A stretch of DNA of 56,679 bases from an uncultured archaeon. GTDB taxonomy: Archaea > Altiarchaeota > Altiarchaeia > JAFGQM01. Position 1 is the stretch's first letter. Every line of letters begins with the position of its first letter. A model generated the notes under the pieces. It did not search any database and was not told the origin of the DNA. It worked only from the letters and a program-made list of their open reading frames with translations. Position numbers and translations under genes: made by a program. The stretch is taken from NCBI GenBank assembly GCA_964619365.1, contig CAZUDQ010000001.1, forward strand, positions 185,842-242,520, read 5' to 3'. Of this stretch, positions 41,042 to 50,531 are shown in pieces.

Positions 41042-41656
41042 ATGCCTTACGGGAAACTCATAGTGCTTGAGGGTGCGGATGGATGCGGCAAATCAACGCA
41101 TGCAAAGCTTCTTGGCGAGCATCTCAAAAAACAGGGTAGGGATCTTGTGATGACCGCTGAACCCACAAAAGGCTTTATCGGAACCGGCATCCGGAAGATA
41201 CTCGGAGGAAACAAGACAGAAAGTCCCGAGATATTAGCCCTTCTCTTTGCAGCAGACAGAAAAGAGCACATAGAAACAATTATTCTCCCAGCACTAAAAG
41301 AAGGAAAGATAGTAATAACTGACAGGTACCTTTACTCAAACATCGCATATCAGGGAGTCCAGGGCATAAGCCCCGACTGGGTTTCAGAGATAAATTCCTT
41401 TGCCCCGGAGCCTGACCTCGTTCTAGTCCTTTCGATACCTTCAACGAAGGCAATGGAGCGCATGTTTCACCGCGAGCGAGAGATTTTTGAGTTTACCGAA
41501 TTTCAGGAAAAAGTTCAAAAAAGGCTGTTTGATATTGCAAATGGAGGGTCCACAAAACTAAGCGTCCCAGGCAAAAAATGGGTTATTGTCTCAACAAGCG
41601 GAGAACTGGAGGCAACTCAGGAAAAGATACGAAAAGAAGTTTCTAAAATCCTTTAA
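41042..41656 (+). CDS. tmk: Thymidylate kinase
   Basis: EGADGCGKST, LLFAADR, DRY..S..AYQ, PDL. Confidence 0.95.
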   Translation: MPYGKLIVLEGADGCGKSTHAKLLGEHLKKQGRDLVMTAEPTKGFIGTGIRKILGGNKTESPEILALLFAADRKEHIETIILPALKEGKIVITDRYLYSNIAYQGVQGISPDWVSEINSFAPEPDLVLVLSIPSTKAMERMFHREREIFEFTEFQEKVQKRLFDIANGGSTKLSVPGKKWVIVSTSGELEATQEKIRKEVSKIL

Positions 41657-42508
41657 TCACAAAAGCGCCCCGACGAGAAATGCGATAAGTCCTGCGAATA
41701 TGCCAATCTTTGTAAGTTTTTGGTTGAGTCGCGCACTTTTAGTTATAACCGAGGCAATAAATAGCGCGTCTGCAACACAAACGACAATAAGGTAATTTAA
41801 ACCGAATATTCCAGACAGATACGGCAGAGGCGAAAGGAGCACGGCAAGTATTATAAAGACTCTTCCAAGAGCCCATGATTTAGCGTCTCCGAACTTTGTT
41901 GCAAATGTCGTTATACCGGATTTCTTATCCCCGACAATATCTTCTATATCCCCTATTACTTCACGGCCCATGTTTGCAAAGAAGGCGAGGGACGCCATGT
42001 AAAATGTGGCGATAGGACTTCCAAGAACAAGCGCGCCATAGACAAAGGTTGAGGCCGTAAGGTATGAAACTGACAAGTTCCCCCAAAAGACAGTGGACTT
42101 TAAGTTGCGCGCGTAAAAGAACAAGACAAAAGAGTTAAAAGAGGCTAGGCAAAGGCAGGGAAATGATGCAAATGCCGAAGCAACAATACCTATTATAAAA
42201 AGACTCATTGCAAAATAAAATGCAGCTCGCGCGCTAATGTCACCTTGTGGGATTGGCCTATGTGGTGAGTTTTTTGCATCAGTATCGCGGTCGTAATAGT
42301 CGTTTATTGCGTTACCAGCACCAGTTATCAAAAATACTGCAAATGCCGCAAATATTATTCCAAGGGCCGGGCACCTTAGACAAAAAGACCAGTTGCTTGC
42401 ATCACCGTAAAAAAGACCGCCTGCAACAATAAAACCAATTGCAACAGCGATTAGTGCCATTGCGCAATTCTCAATTCTCATGAGCCGGGGTAGTGACGAA
42501 AGCTTCAT
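41657..42508 (-). CDS. Digeranylgeranylglyceryl phosphate synthase (UbiA family)
   Basis: NAINDYYD...D..N.P.RPIP.G and REVIGDIED..GD. Confidence 0.88.
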   Translation of the reverse strand: MKLSSLPRLMRIENCAMALIAVAIGFIVAGGLFYGDASNWSFCLRCPALGIIFAAFAVFLITGAGNAINDYYDRDTDAKNSPHRPIPQGDISARAAFYFAMSLFIIGIVASAFASFPCLCLASFNSFVLFFYARNLKSTVFWGNLSVSYLTASTFVYGALVLGSPIATFYMASLAFFANMGREVIGDIEDIVGDKKSGITTFATKFGDAKSWALGRVFIILAVLLSPLPYLSGIFGLNYLIVVCVADALFIASVITKSARLNQKLTKIGIFAGLIAFLVGALL

Positions 42509-42510
42509 TT

Positions 42511-45264
42511 TCAGGGGTCAAGCGAGCAAAAACTCATAAGTTCGGCGGATACTCCACTAAGTTTTCCTGCTAAGAAATCCTCATCAAGAAGCATCCGTAT
42601 CTGGGCGATGCTTACTCCGAGGCTTCTTTCTTCATAGTAAGGGTATTCGCCGGAGGGTCCTGTGCATGTAAACATACAACCACACTTTACATCAAAGTTG
42701 AAATCATCGAAGATATCTCCGCAAATCGAGTCCATGTCAAATGCTGGTGTGCCGTACGCAAAAGCGCAATTGGGCATGGCTTCATGGGTTGATGGGCATA
42801 TGCCGCCTGCAACTGGAGGTGCGGTGCAAAGAAGCCCCCAAGGCGCCCCGTCACATTCTAGGGAAAGGTCACCAATATTTGCCGCGATATTCCCAAGCGA
42901 GGCTCCAATATTCCCAAGCCCGGAGGAACTAGAAGGTAGTTTAGCGCCCAGTGCGCCTAGACCCGCTTCAATCGAAGACATAAGTGCATTTGGATTGTTA
43001 CCCTTGATTGCTGCCGTGATACCGTTTATACTGCTATAGAACCTCGCTAAACCATTGGCGCCAGTTCCTGCCATCAGACTAAGGGCTCCAGACGCTGCCG
43101 TGAGTGCATTACCGCTTTCAATACCACTTACTATGGCACCCAAGCTTGAGAGATAACTTCCCGCATTAAGGTCTCCTGAAAGTGAAAGCGCGCTTCCAGC
43201 TGCGGCAAGAACGCTTTTAGCGTCCCCGGTTGAAAGAGCCGCTTCAATCTGACCGGCAAGTATTGCAGTCCCCCTAAAGTTTGTCCCACTTAAAAGACCT
43301 GTTAAATATGCTGCGACAAGGCGTGGATTCCCTGAATCTATTGCCTGGTAAATACCTGCAAGCTTGCAGATATTATCCACATCCCCAAGCTCTGAAGTCT
43401 TTCCAATACCACAAAGCGCAAGAAGCGCCTTGGCATAGTCTCCGGTTGAAATGTAATTCTGCACGCCAATTGCCTTGCATATGGCAGTTGAGACCTTTCG
43501 CACGTTTTGAGCGGTTTCTGCGTCCCCCGCGTTTGTTAATTCTGAGGCAGTATTCTGTAATGATTGTATTGTGTCTGTATATGCTTGGGTAACAGTTCTC
43601 GTTGTAGTTGATTTTTCATTTAATTCTGCCTTTAGACCCTCAGCAGTCCCATCTACCTTACTTTCCTTACCCTTAGTGCTAGTATCCCCCGCGTCTTTTT
43701 TTGGTGAGACAGTAATCTCCTTTCCCCTATAGGTTACACTGACACTATATTCTTTCTTTTCTGTTGGAACCTTTGCTAGGGCATGACTCCCCATATTATC
43801 TGCGATTTTTTGAAGGGAGGCTTTATCTGCTTCAGCTTCACCCGTAGTTTTATTTTGTACAATATTTATGTTAATAGGTATGCTCCCATCGCTAGTCATC
43901 ATGGCAATGAGATTCTCTTTTATTATTTTCTGTGCAGCTTCACTTCCGCAATCTTCTTTATTATCTTTGATAGCCCCGATATCCTGAGCCGTGCTTATGA
44001 AATCAAACTTAACAACTCCATCCCCTGCCGGGATATATTTGTCGTTTGAGTCATAGACGCTTCCTGATATAGTCGCCGCGCTCGCCTTTCCCTCAAATGC
44101 GTTGCAAAGAAGCGCCGCTCCAGAATACGTCACTTCTCCCGTGAGAGTAGTGGGACTTGCTTTTTCTATAACATTAATTATAAGTTTTCCGATAGCATCG
44201 GGTAACGGGAGGCTTACTTCAATACCATTTATTCCTATGCTGAAACTCACATCAGAGCTTTGGGTGTCATCTTTTTTGAAGTTTAGTTTTATACATGAGT
44301 CGCCCTCCTTACAAGTTTCTTCTGATTCCTCATCAACAATAGACATACTAACGCCCTCTGGCCTGCAAGTTTGGGGACCAGTTGGATGCGCCGCGAGCCC
44401 CTCTTTACAAGTGTAATCTATATCGGCCACAGTCCAGTCGCCTCCATTCGAGTTATAAGCGTGCAGGCTTCCTGCTTCAAGTTCTATCCCATCTGTCCCT
44501 TCCAGCCCGATAAGGCTTATTGCGTTTGCCGCAGTCTTCCAGCCCATGGCTCCCGATAAAATGTCTGAAGCCACACTTGGGTCTTCAGGTGAACGCCAGG
44601 TACTCCCGTATAGTGCGCTTCCCTGTGCAAATGAAAGGACGCCTTTTGCCGCAAGTATCGCCTCAACAGCTTTATTATAAAGCGCCGGGGCGCGGATGCT
44701 TAAAGTATAATCCCTTGCCTGAAGCGCAATCTCATTACTTGTTTCGGTTTCAGAATCTTCGCAGGCTATCCTTTGACCTAATGTCATTGTGTCAATAACA
44801 AGAGCGTCTGTTGAAGACGAGTCAAAAGTAACAAAGTTGCTCCCGCCAGATACCTGACTGGGTGTGCAGCTTACTCCCGGAACTGAGCTATATGCTTCAG
44901 AATATACGTCGCCCGCACCACCGAAAATAAGGCTTCCCATACTCTGTGCAAGCGCGTTTTCGAGTTCCGGCCCGATTGTATTATAAAAGCTGCTTTGTGG
45001 GTCGACCACATGTTTTTTTGAGCCAAGAACATCAACCACTGCAGATTCAAAAGAATTCTGCAAAAGATTATTGTAAAAGTCTGCTTGGATTGTCTGGCCG
45101 ATAAAATTAAGGCGAGTCTCACTGGAAATCGATGTTGCCGTATCAATATCCTGGGTTTCACTTGAGGATATCTGCACACCCACAGTTATTGTTATTGTTA
45201 TGAAAATGCCTCCGAGCACGATAAGAAGCAAACTCGAAAATCCTTTTTTGTTTTTCAAAATCAT
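42511..45264 (-). CDS. 917-aa Cys-containing extracellular protein with class III (pilin-type) signal peptide and Gly/Ala-rich helical repeats
   Basis: Start placed at ATG 45264 (ATGA overlap with the upstream stop); MILKNKKG/FSSLLLIVLGG; five I.[ST]G[DN]-like repeats. Confidence 0.75.
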   Translation of the reverse strand: MILKNKKGFSSLLLIVLGGIFITITITVGVQISSSETQDIDTATSISSETRLNFIGQTIQADFYNNLLQNSFESAVVDVLGSKKHVVDPQSSFYNTIGPELENALAQSMGSLIFGGAGDVYSEAYSSVPGVSCTPSQVSGGSNFVTFDSSSTDALVIDTMTLGQRIACEDSETETSNEIALQARDYTLSIRAPALYNKAVEAILAAKGVLSFAQGSALYGSTWRSPEDPSVASDILSGAMGWKTAANAISLIGLEGTDGIELEAGSLHAYNSNGGDWTVADIDYTCKEGLAAHPTGPQTCRPEGVSMSIVDEESEETCKEGDSCIKLNFKKDDTQSSDVSFSIGINGIEVSLPLPDAIGKLIINVIEKASPTTLTGEVTYSGAALLCNAFEGKASAATISGSVYDSNDKYIPAGDGVVKFDFISTAQDIGAIKDNKEDCGSEAAQKIIKENLIAMMTSDGSIPININIVQNKTTGEAEADKASLQKIADNMGSHALAKVPTEKKEYSVSVTYRGKEITVSPKKDAGDTSTKGKESKVDGTAEGLKAELNEKSTTTRTVTQAYTDTIQSLQNTASELTNAGDAETAQNVRKVSTAICKAIGVQNYISTGDYAKALLALCGIGKTSELGDVDNICKLAGIYQAIDSGNPRLVAAYLTGLLSGTNFRGTAILAGQIEAALSTGDAKSVLAAAGSALSLSGDLNAGSYLSSLGAIVSGIESGNALTAASGALSLMAGTGANGLARFYSSINGITAAIKGNNPNALMSSIEAGLGALGAKLPSSSSGLGNIGASLGNIAANIGDLSLECDGAPWGLLCTAPPVAGGICPSTHEAMPNCAFAYGTPAFDMDSICGDIFDDFNFDVKCGCMFTCTGPSGEYPYYEERSLGVSIAQIRMLLDEDFLAGKLSGVSAELMSFCSLDP

Positions 45265-45881
45265 GCTTTTTTCTTTTTCTTTTTCGGGTGCGCGCTCGCT
45301 TTTCGTCTTGCCAAGCGATACCATACCAAATAATATAATACTAATAAGGCAAACAAGAAAAGCCTAAAAATTATCGAGTGATAAAGCTCTCCTGTTTCAA
45401 GGTCGCTTGTATTTGTCAAAAAGAGTGTAATAGTTATCCTAAGTGGGTTAATGAGCAGCAAGAGCACAGTACCCAGAATGGCACCAAGAAGCTTTTTCCA
45501 AAAGAGTATCCCGGGCGTTGCAAGTATGAGTGCGAAAAGCAGCGCAATTTCGAGGTCGCCGGCGCACAGGGAGCTTACTTCAAAGAAGACAAGAGAAGAG
45601 CCAACATGCATCCCTATAATGTTTCTGGCAACGGTGTTTTCAACACCCCAAGACAAAAGAATTTCACTTGAGGCCTCCGCGTTCCATTCTGCAAGCCCTT
45701 CCCAAAAGAAAGCGCTTAAGGGAAGTGCAAGCAGAGTAAAAACTGCAAAAAGAACGACGAAAATAACAAGGAAACTGATTCCCATCCTGTTTGTTTTAGA
45801 TATTTTTTCAGGCGGTAGAATCTTATTTGTTAATTTATCTATTGACTCTATTTTTCTCATCGTATTTTTAAGCCTCCCCAA
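45261..45881 (-). CDS. Archaeosortase/exosortase family protein
   Basis: Cys-Arg-His triad in VSSLCAG, INPLRI and LYH; multi-TM; KKLLG motif. Confidence 0.85.
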   Translation of the reverse strand: MGRLKNTMRKIESIDKLTNKILPPEKISKTNRMGISFLVIFVVLFAVFTLLALPLSAFFWEGLAEWNAEASSEILLSWGVENTVARNIIGMHVGSSLVFFEVSSLCAGDLEIALLFALILATPGILFWKKLLGAILGTVLLLLINPLRITITLFLTNTSDLETGELYHSIIFRLFLFALLVLYYLVWYRLARRKASAHPKKKKKKA

Positions 45882-45919
45882 ATTAAATAACCGTTATTTA
45901 AGCCCTAAAAACTACCCAA

Positions 45920-48316
45920 ATGGCCGAATCTATAGACATACTAAAGACCTGTGGGGCACTTATTAAGAATAATGAAGGGCAAAAAGAACTAGTTGTAAAC
46001 TGCAGGAATTGCGTTTATGGCGCGTCAGTCTCCGACTACCCACAGTGTATGGCACGCACTATCGATAAGCTAATTGAGCATCCCGATGTCGACTCCATAG
46101 ATTTGGCCGAATTCTACGAAAGAATCTATTCTCCCGAACAGACAAAATACCTAAAGGAGCTTGCCCACGCAGTTTCAAGGATGCAGTCAGAGCGCGTATG
46201 GAGCCCGTCACATTGCGGGGGGGAAAAAGCCGGAAAGTACTTAACAGAAAGAACTGATTTTCTAACAAACCTGGTACATAACCTCCTTAGAACAGACCCT
46301 GTTGCCGGATATTACTCACTAATCGAAGAGATAAAAAAAGAGCAGGCAAAATATACTCAAGGAGGGGACGAATACCAAACACACTCCAGAACGTATCTAA
46401 AGACCCTTTCAGAGATAAAGGCGCTTTTAGAGCAGACAACAATCATCAGAAAAGCTGCGATGCTTGTTGCAAAACTTCATAAAATACCAACTGGGCGCGC
46501 AATATACAAAACAATTTTTGACGGCGGGATTAAACCGACATTCATCAGGACTCGCCTTAAGACTGGCGCCCCCAAAGGAGTCGAGCTTATAGACTCTTAC
46601 CAAGTTGGGGACTCTGAAGTCGAAATATATAAACATCCGGAAAAACTGGAGTACCTCTATTATCTTTATCCTCCAGAATACAGTCTTGGTCCGGAGCAAT
46701 ACTTCCTCCTTAACAAGACAAAAGAGATTGTTTCAGAAAGAAAGATAGACGGGATTGAGTTTGACGACCCTGCAGAAACAAGGCGCTATTTTGAAAGGAT
46801 TTATGAAGCGACAATAGCAGATATCGCTGAAGAGAACAAAATAACCATAAAATACGACGAAATTCAAAAACTTGCAAAAATCGTCGCGAGATATACCGTA
46901 GGGTTCGGACTTTTAGAAGTTGTGCTTTCAGACGACCGCGTTACAGATGTTTACATTGACGCTCCAATAGGACGTTACCCAGTCTATATAGTTCACGGAC
47001 AGTATTCACAATGCGAGACAAACATAGTCTACACGATTGATGAAGCAAGAAGCCTGATATCAAAGTTCAGGGCGATTTCAGGAAGACCGTTTGACGAAAG
47101 CCACCCCGTTCTTGATATGGATTTGCACGCACTCTCATCAAGAATATGTGTTATAGGAAAGCCTCTTTCCCCAGATGGATTATCATTAACTTTAAGACGT
47201 CACAAAGACACGCCATGGACATTGCCGCAGTTTATTGATAACAATATGATAAACTCCCTGTGTGCCGGGATGTTGTCTTTCTTTATCTACTCACAGGCAT
47301 CAACACTAGTCACAGGCTCAAGAGGCTCAGGGAAATCATCATTCATGAACGCCCTGATGTTAGAAATTCCCCAGAACTTAAGGATACTTACCCAAGAAGA
47401 TACCTTAGAGCTTCCTGTTGCCTACATGAAAAACATCGGCTTTAACATCCAGCCCCTAAAGACGCGCTCAGCCATCCAGACTTCACAAACAGATAGTGAA
47501 GTCGCACCAGAAGAATCGCTTAGAACAGCACTTAGACTAGGGGACTCTGTTCTCATATTAGGCGAGGTTCGTTCAAAAGAAGCAAAGGTTCTCTACGAAG
47601 CTATGCGAGTGGGGGCCGTTGGAAACGTTGTTATGGGAACGATACACGGGGAAGGTGCGTACTCAGTCTGGGACCGAGTTGTTAACGACCTTGAAGTGCC
47701 TTCAACCTCATTTAAAGCAACAGATATTGTCGTGACTTGTCATCCCATAAGGAAAAAGGGTTCTCTTACAAAGTTCCGTCGTATGACAGAGATCACTGAA
47801 GTAGGAAAACTTTGGCGCGATGACCCCCAGGCAGAAGGCGGTTTCCGCGATATAATAACATATAACGCTGAGACGGACGACTGGAAGTTAAATCCATTTT
47901 ATACTGATAAGAAAAAGTGTATGGCACTTGATTCTGAAGGCGGAAGTCACTTCTTCGGAAAGAAGATGCGCGAGAACCTCGGTTTTACATTCGAAGAAAT
48001 CTGGCAGGAGATAAATCTGCGCGCAAAAACAAAGAACTATCTTGTTGAAATGAAGCGGAAGCATGGAATCCCCGCCCTTCTTGAAAGCGAGTATACAGTC
48101 CCGATAAGCAACCAGGTCATCTTGATATCCGAGATATACAAAGCCAAAGATAAGATGGATTATGATGCCGTTTATAACGACTGGAAAAAAAAGGTTGATG
48201 AGCGTTACATAAAACCAATGATTGCACGCAAGACAAAACTTGAAGAAATGGCGGCGCAAAGAAAAGCTGCCGTCCAAGCCAGAAAACGCGCCGCAACAGC
48301 ACAAAAGAAAGAATAA
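45920..48316 (+). CDS. Type II/IV secretion / type IV pilus assembly ATPase (VirB11/TadA/FlaI family), long N-terminus
   Basis: GSRGSGKSS, TQEDTLEL, LRLG..LILGEVR, GTIH; N-terminal CxxC...C. Confidence 0.92.
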   Translation: MAESIDILKTCGALIKNNEGQKELVVNCRNCVYGASVSDYPQCMARTIDKLIEHPDVDSIDLAEFYERIYSPEQTKYLKELAHAVSRMQSERVWSPSHCGGEKAGKYLTERTDFLTNLVHNLLRTDPVAGYYSLIEEIKKEQAKYTQGGDEYQTHSRTYLKTLSEIKALLEQTTIIRKAAMLVAKLHKIPTGRAIYKTIFDGGIKPTFIRTRLKTGAPKGVELIDSYQVGDSEVEIYKHPEKLEYLYYLYPPEYSLGPEQYFLLNKTKEIVSERKIDGIEFDDPAETRRYFERIYEATIADIAEENKITIKYDEIQKLAKIVARYTVGFGLLEVVLSDDRVTDVYIDAPIGRYPVYIVHGQYSQCETNIVYTIDEARSLISKFRAISGRPFDESHPVLDMDLHALSSRICVIGKPLSPDGLSLTLRRHKDTPWTLPQFIDNNMINSLCAGMLSFFIYSQASTLVTGSRGSGKSSFMNALMLEIPQNLRILTQEDTLELPVAYMKNIGFNIQPLKTRSAIQTSQTDSEVAPEESLRTALRLGDSVLILGEVRSKEAKVLYEAMRVGAVGNVVMGTIHGEGAYSVWDRVVNDLEVPSTSFKATDIVVTCHPIRKKGSLTKFRRMTEITEVGKLWRDDPQAEGGFRDIITYNAETDDWKLNPFYTDKKKCMALDSEGGSHFFGKKMRENLGFTFEEIWQEINLRAKTKNYLVEMKRKHGIPALLESEYTVPISNQVILISEIYKAKDKMDYDAVYNDWKKKVDERYIKPMIARKTKLEEMAAQRKAAVQARKRAATAQKKE

Positions 48317-48449
48317 CAACAAAAGCGGTTTCCAAAACCCCCCAGTTCGTTTCAGTTCTTGAAAGCTCGTATCAGATAAGTTCTACCCTTGTTTCCCAAC
48401 ATAAAATAACAACCTTTTGTTTGGGTTAGAAAATAAACGAGGAAACTAA

Positions 48450-48959
48450 ATGAAAACTGGAATCGCTATCGGGGCCATATGTGCACTACTTCTTGCTTCG
48501 GCAGGAATCGTCAGCGCACAAGGCTTCATGGGAAAATACAACGAAACGCAGGCAGGCGAAGCTGCGCTAGGAATGCGCACGCACTTTATGGACTGTGAAA
48601 ACAAAGAAGATTGCGCACAGAACTTTGATTCAGAAGATATGCGCAACAAAATGCAGGCACGAAGTGAAGGTCGGATGCTCCAGCGGGAGGAGATAATGAA
48701 TGCGACTCTTTTAGGTGATTGGAACCTTTTTATTGAGCTTCGCGAGGAGTACAATATAACAGAAGGCTTTATCGGCGTTATGACCGAATCAGTCTTTCCG
48801 GAGTTTGTAGAGCTGGCCAATCTTCAAGAAGAAGCACGCGCTCTCGCATCGGATATGGCATCAGAGTTTGGTCTCGAAATGCCGCAAAAAAGAGCCGGTT
48901 TTGCACCAGGGCGCAAAATGGGCAAATTCAAAAGGTATGTAAGGGAAACAATAGTTTAG
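48450..48959 (+). CDS. Secreted hypothetical protein
   Basis: Signal peptide ending VSA; helical charged mature region. Confidence 0.75.
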   Translation: MKTGIAIGAICALLLASAGIVSAQGFMGKYNETQAGEAALGMRTHFMDCENKEDCAQNFDSEDMRNKMQARSEGRMLQREEIMNATLLGDWNLFIELREEYNITEGFIGVMTESVFPEFVELANLQEEARALASDMASEFGLEMPQKRAGFAPGRKMGKFKRYVRETIV

Positions 48960-48996
48960 AATATTAGAACATCCCCTTGTTCCCCCCATACTAAAC

Positions 48997-49050
48997 GCTG
49001 GCCTGGCCAAAAAAGAAAAGAAGGCTCAATAAGCGGCCAGGCCAGCTTTT
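48997..49050 (+). terminator. GC-rich hairpin with T-tract
   Basis: Perfect 12-bp inverted repeat GCTGGCCTGGCC / GGCCAGGCCAGC followed by TTTTTATTTT. Confidence 0.6.
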
Positions 49051-49152
49051 TATTTTACATTTTTCACATATTTTATCCATACAAAGCCCAATTCTAAATT
49101 TTTATCCTTTCTCCCTTAAATTCCACGGACTAATCATTTCTTGGTGAAAATA

Positions 49153-50487
49153 ATGAAAGTACTTCTTGTGGGTAACGGGGCACGCGAGCACGCGATAGCA
49201 AAAGTAATAAGGAAAAGTGGAGATGAGTATGAGCTTTATACTTTCATGTCAAAGAAGAATCCCGGTATCGCAAAAATATCTGCCGATTATGCAATTGGGG
49301 ACATCTGCGACCCAAAAGCTGTTGCAGACTGGGCAAAAAGCAAGAACATAGACATTGCAATCGTCGGACCTGAAGCGCCTCTGGGCGCTGGCGTTGTTGA
49401 CGCCCTCCTAAAAGAAGGAATCAAATGCGCGAGTCCGACAAAGACCGCAGCGCGTCTTGAGACAGACAAAGCCTTCTGTCGCGAACTCCTAAAGAAGTAT
49501 AATGTTGACGGCCAGCCCATATTCAAGATATTAAGTACTCCTGAAGAAATTGACGAATTTGTCGATTCTTTAACAATGGAAGTTGCCGTAAAGCCCGCTG
49601 GCCTCACCGGAGGCAAGGGCGTGAAAATAGAAGGGGAGCACTTAAACAGCAAAGAAGAGGTAAAAGCATATGCCAAAGAAATCCTCGCAGATTCTATTGG
49701 AGAAATTCCACGGGTAGTAATCGAAGAGAAGCTTGAAGGAGAGGAGTTCACACTTATGGCATTTGTCTCTGATGATGAGATTTTCCCGATGCCAATGGTA
49801 CAAGACCACAAGCGGGCATATGAAGGAGATTGCGGCCCAAATACAGGTGGAATGGGCTCATACACCGATGCCGGCTACATACTTCCGTTCCTTTCAGAAG
49901 AAGATTACAAATTCGGTCTTGAAATGATAAAAGAGACTGCCCGCGCCCTAAAAGAAGAAACGGGCGAGTCCTATAGGGGAGTAATATATTGTCAGCTCAT
50001 CGTAACAAGAAGCGGTCCTAAATTAATAGAATATAACGCGCGCTTTGGAGACCCTGAGGCAATGAACGTCCTTAGTCTCTTTGAAGGAGATTTTGTAAAA
50101 GTCATGGAAGCAATTGCCCAGGGTGGGTCTCTTGAAGACGTGCCGGCAAAGTTCCTTCCCGAGGCCACAGTGTGCAAGTATCTTGTTCCTACTGGATATC
50201 CAAACGACCCTGAAAAAGACGTAGAAATAAGAGTGGATGAAGAGGCGATTAAAGAGATGGGGGCAGACGTATTCTACGCCGCAGTATACGAAAAAGACGG
50301 GAAAATATTTACAACAGGCTCGCGCGCTGTAGCTGTCATCGGACGCAGAAAAGACATAATAAACGCAGAAAAGATTGCCGAAAAAGCAACAAAATTCATA
50401 AAGGGCCCACTTGTACACAGAAAGGATATAGGCAAAGAAGATTTAATTCAAAAGCGCTTTAAACATATGGAGTGTATCCGGGATTGA
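49153..50487 (+). CDS. purD: Phosphoribosylamine--glycine ligase
   Basis: GNGAREHAI, VGPEAPL, GGKGV, QDHKR..EGD.GPNTGGMG, EYNARFGDPE. Confidence 0.97.
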   Translation: MKVLLVGNGAREHAIAKVIRKSGDEYELYTFMSKKNPGIAKISADYAIGDICDPKAVADWAKSKNIDIAIVGPEAPLGAGVVDALLKEGIKCASPTKTAARLETDKAFCRELLKKYNVDGQPIFKILSTPEEIDEFVDSLTMEVAVKPAGLTGGKGVKIEGEHLNSKEEVKAYAKEILADSIGEIPRVVIEEKLEGEEFTLMAFVSDDEIFPMPMVQDHKRAYEGDCGPNTGGMGSYTDAGYILPFLSEEDYKFGLEMIKETARALKEETGESYRGVIYCQLIVTRSGPKLIEYNARFGDPEAMNVLSLFEGDFVKVMEAIAQGGSLEDVPAKFLPEATVCKYLVPTGYPNDPEKDVEIRVDEEAIKEMGADVFYAAVYEKDGKIFTTGSRAVAVIGRRKDIINAEKIAEKATKFIKGPLVHRKDIGKEDLIQKRFKHMECIRD

Positions 50488-50531
50488 TGTGATTTATTAA
50501 CATACCGACTAAATATCTGGAAAGACAAGCA

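Noticed and set aside
25959-49865. Numerous long antisense ORFs (e.g. 25959-26633, 31850-32455, 35310-35993, 49287-49865)
   Set aside because: They lie opposite well-conserved genes, with Ser/Pro/Ile-rich shadow composition and no motifs
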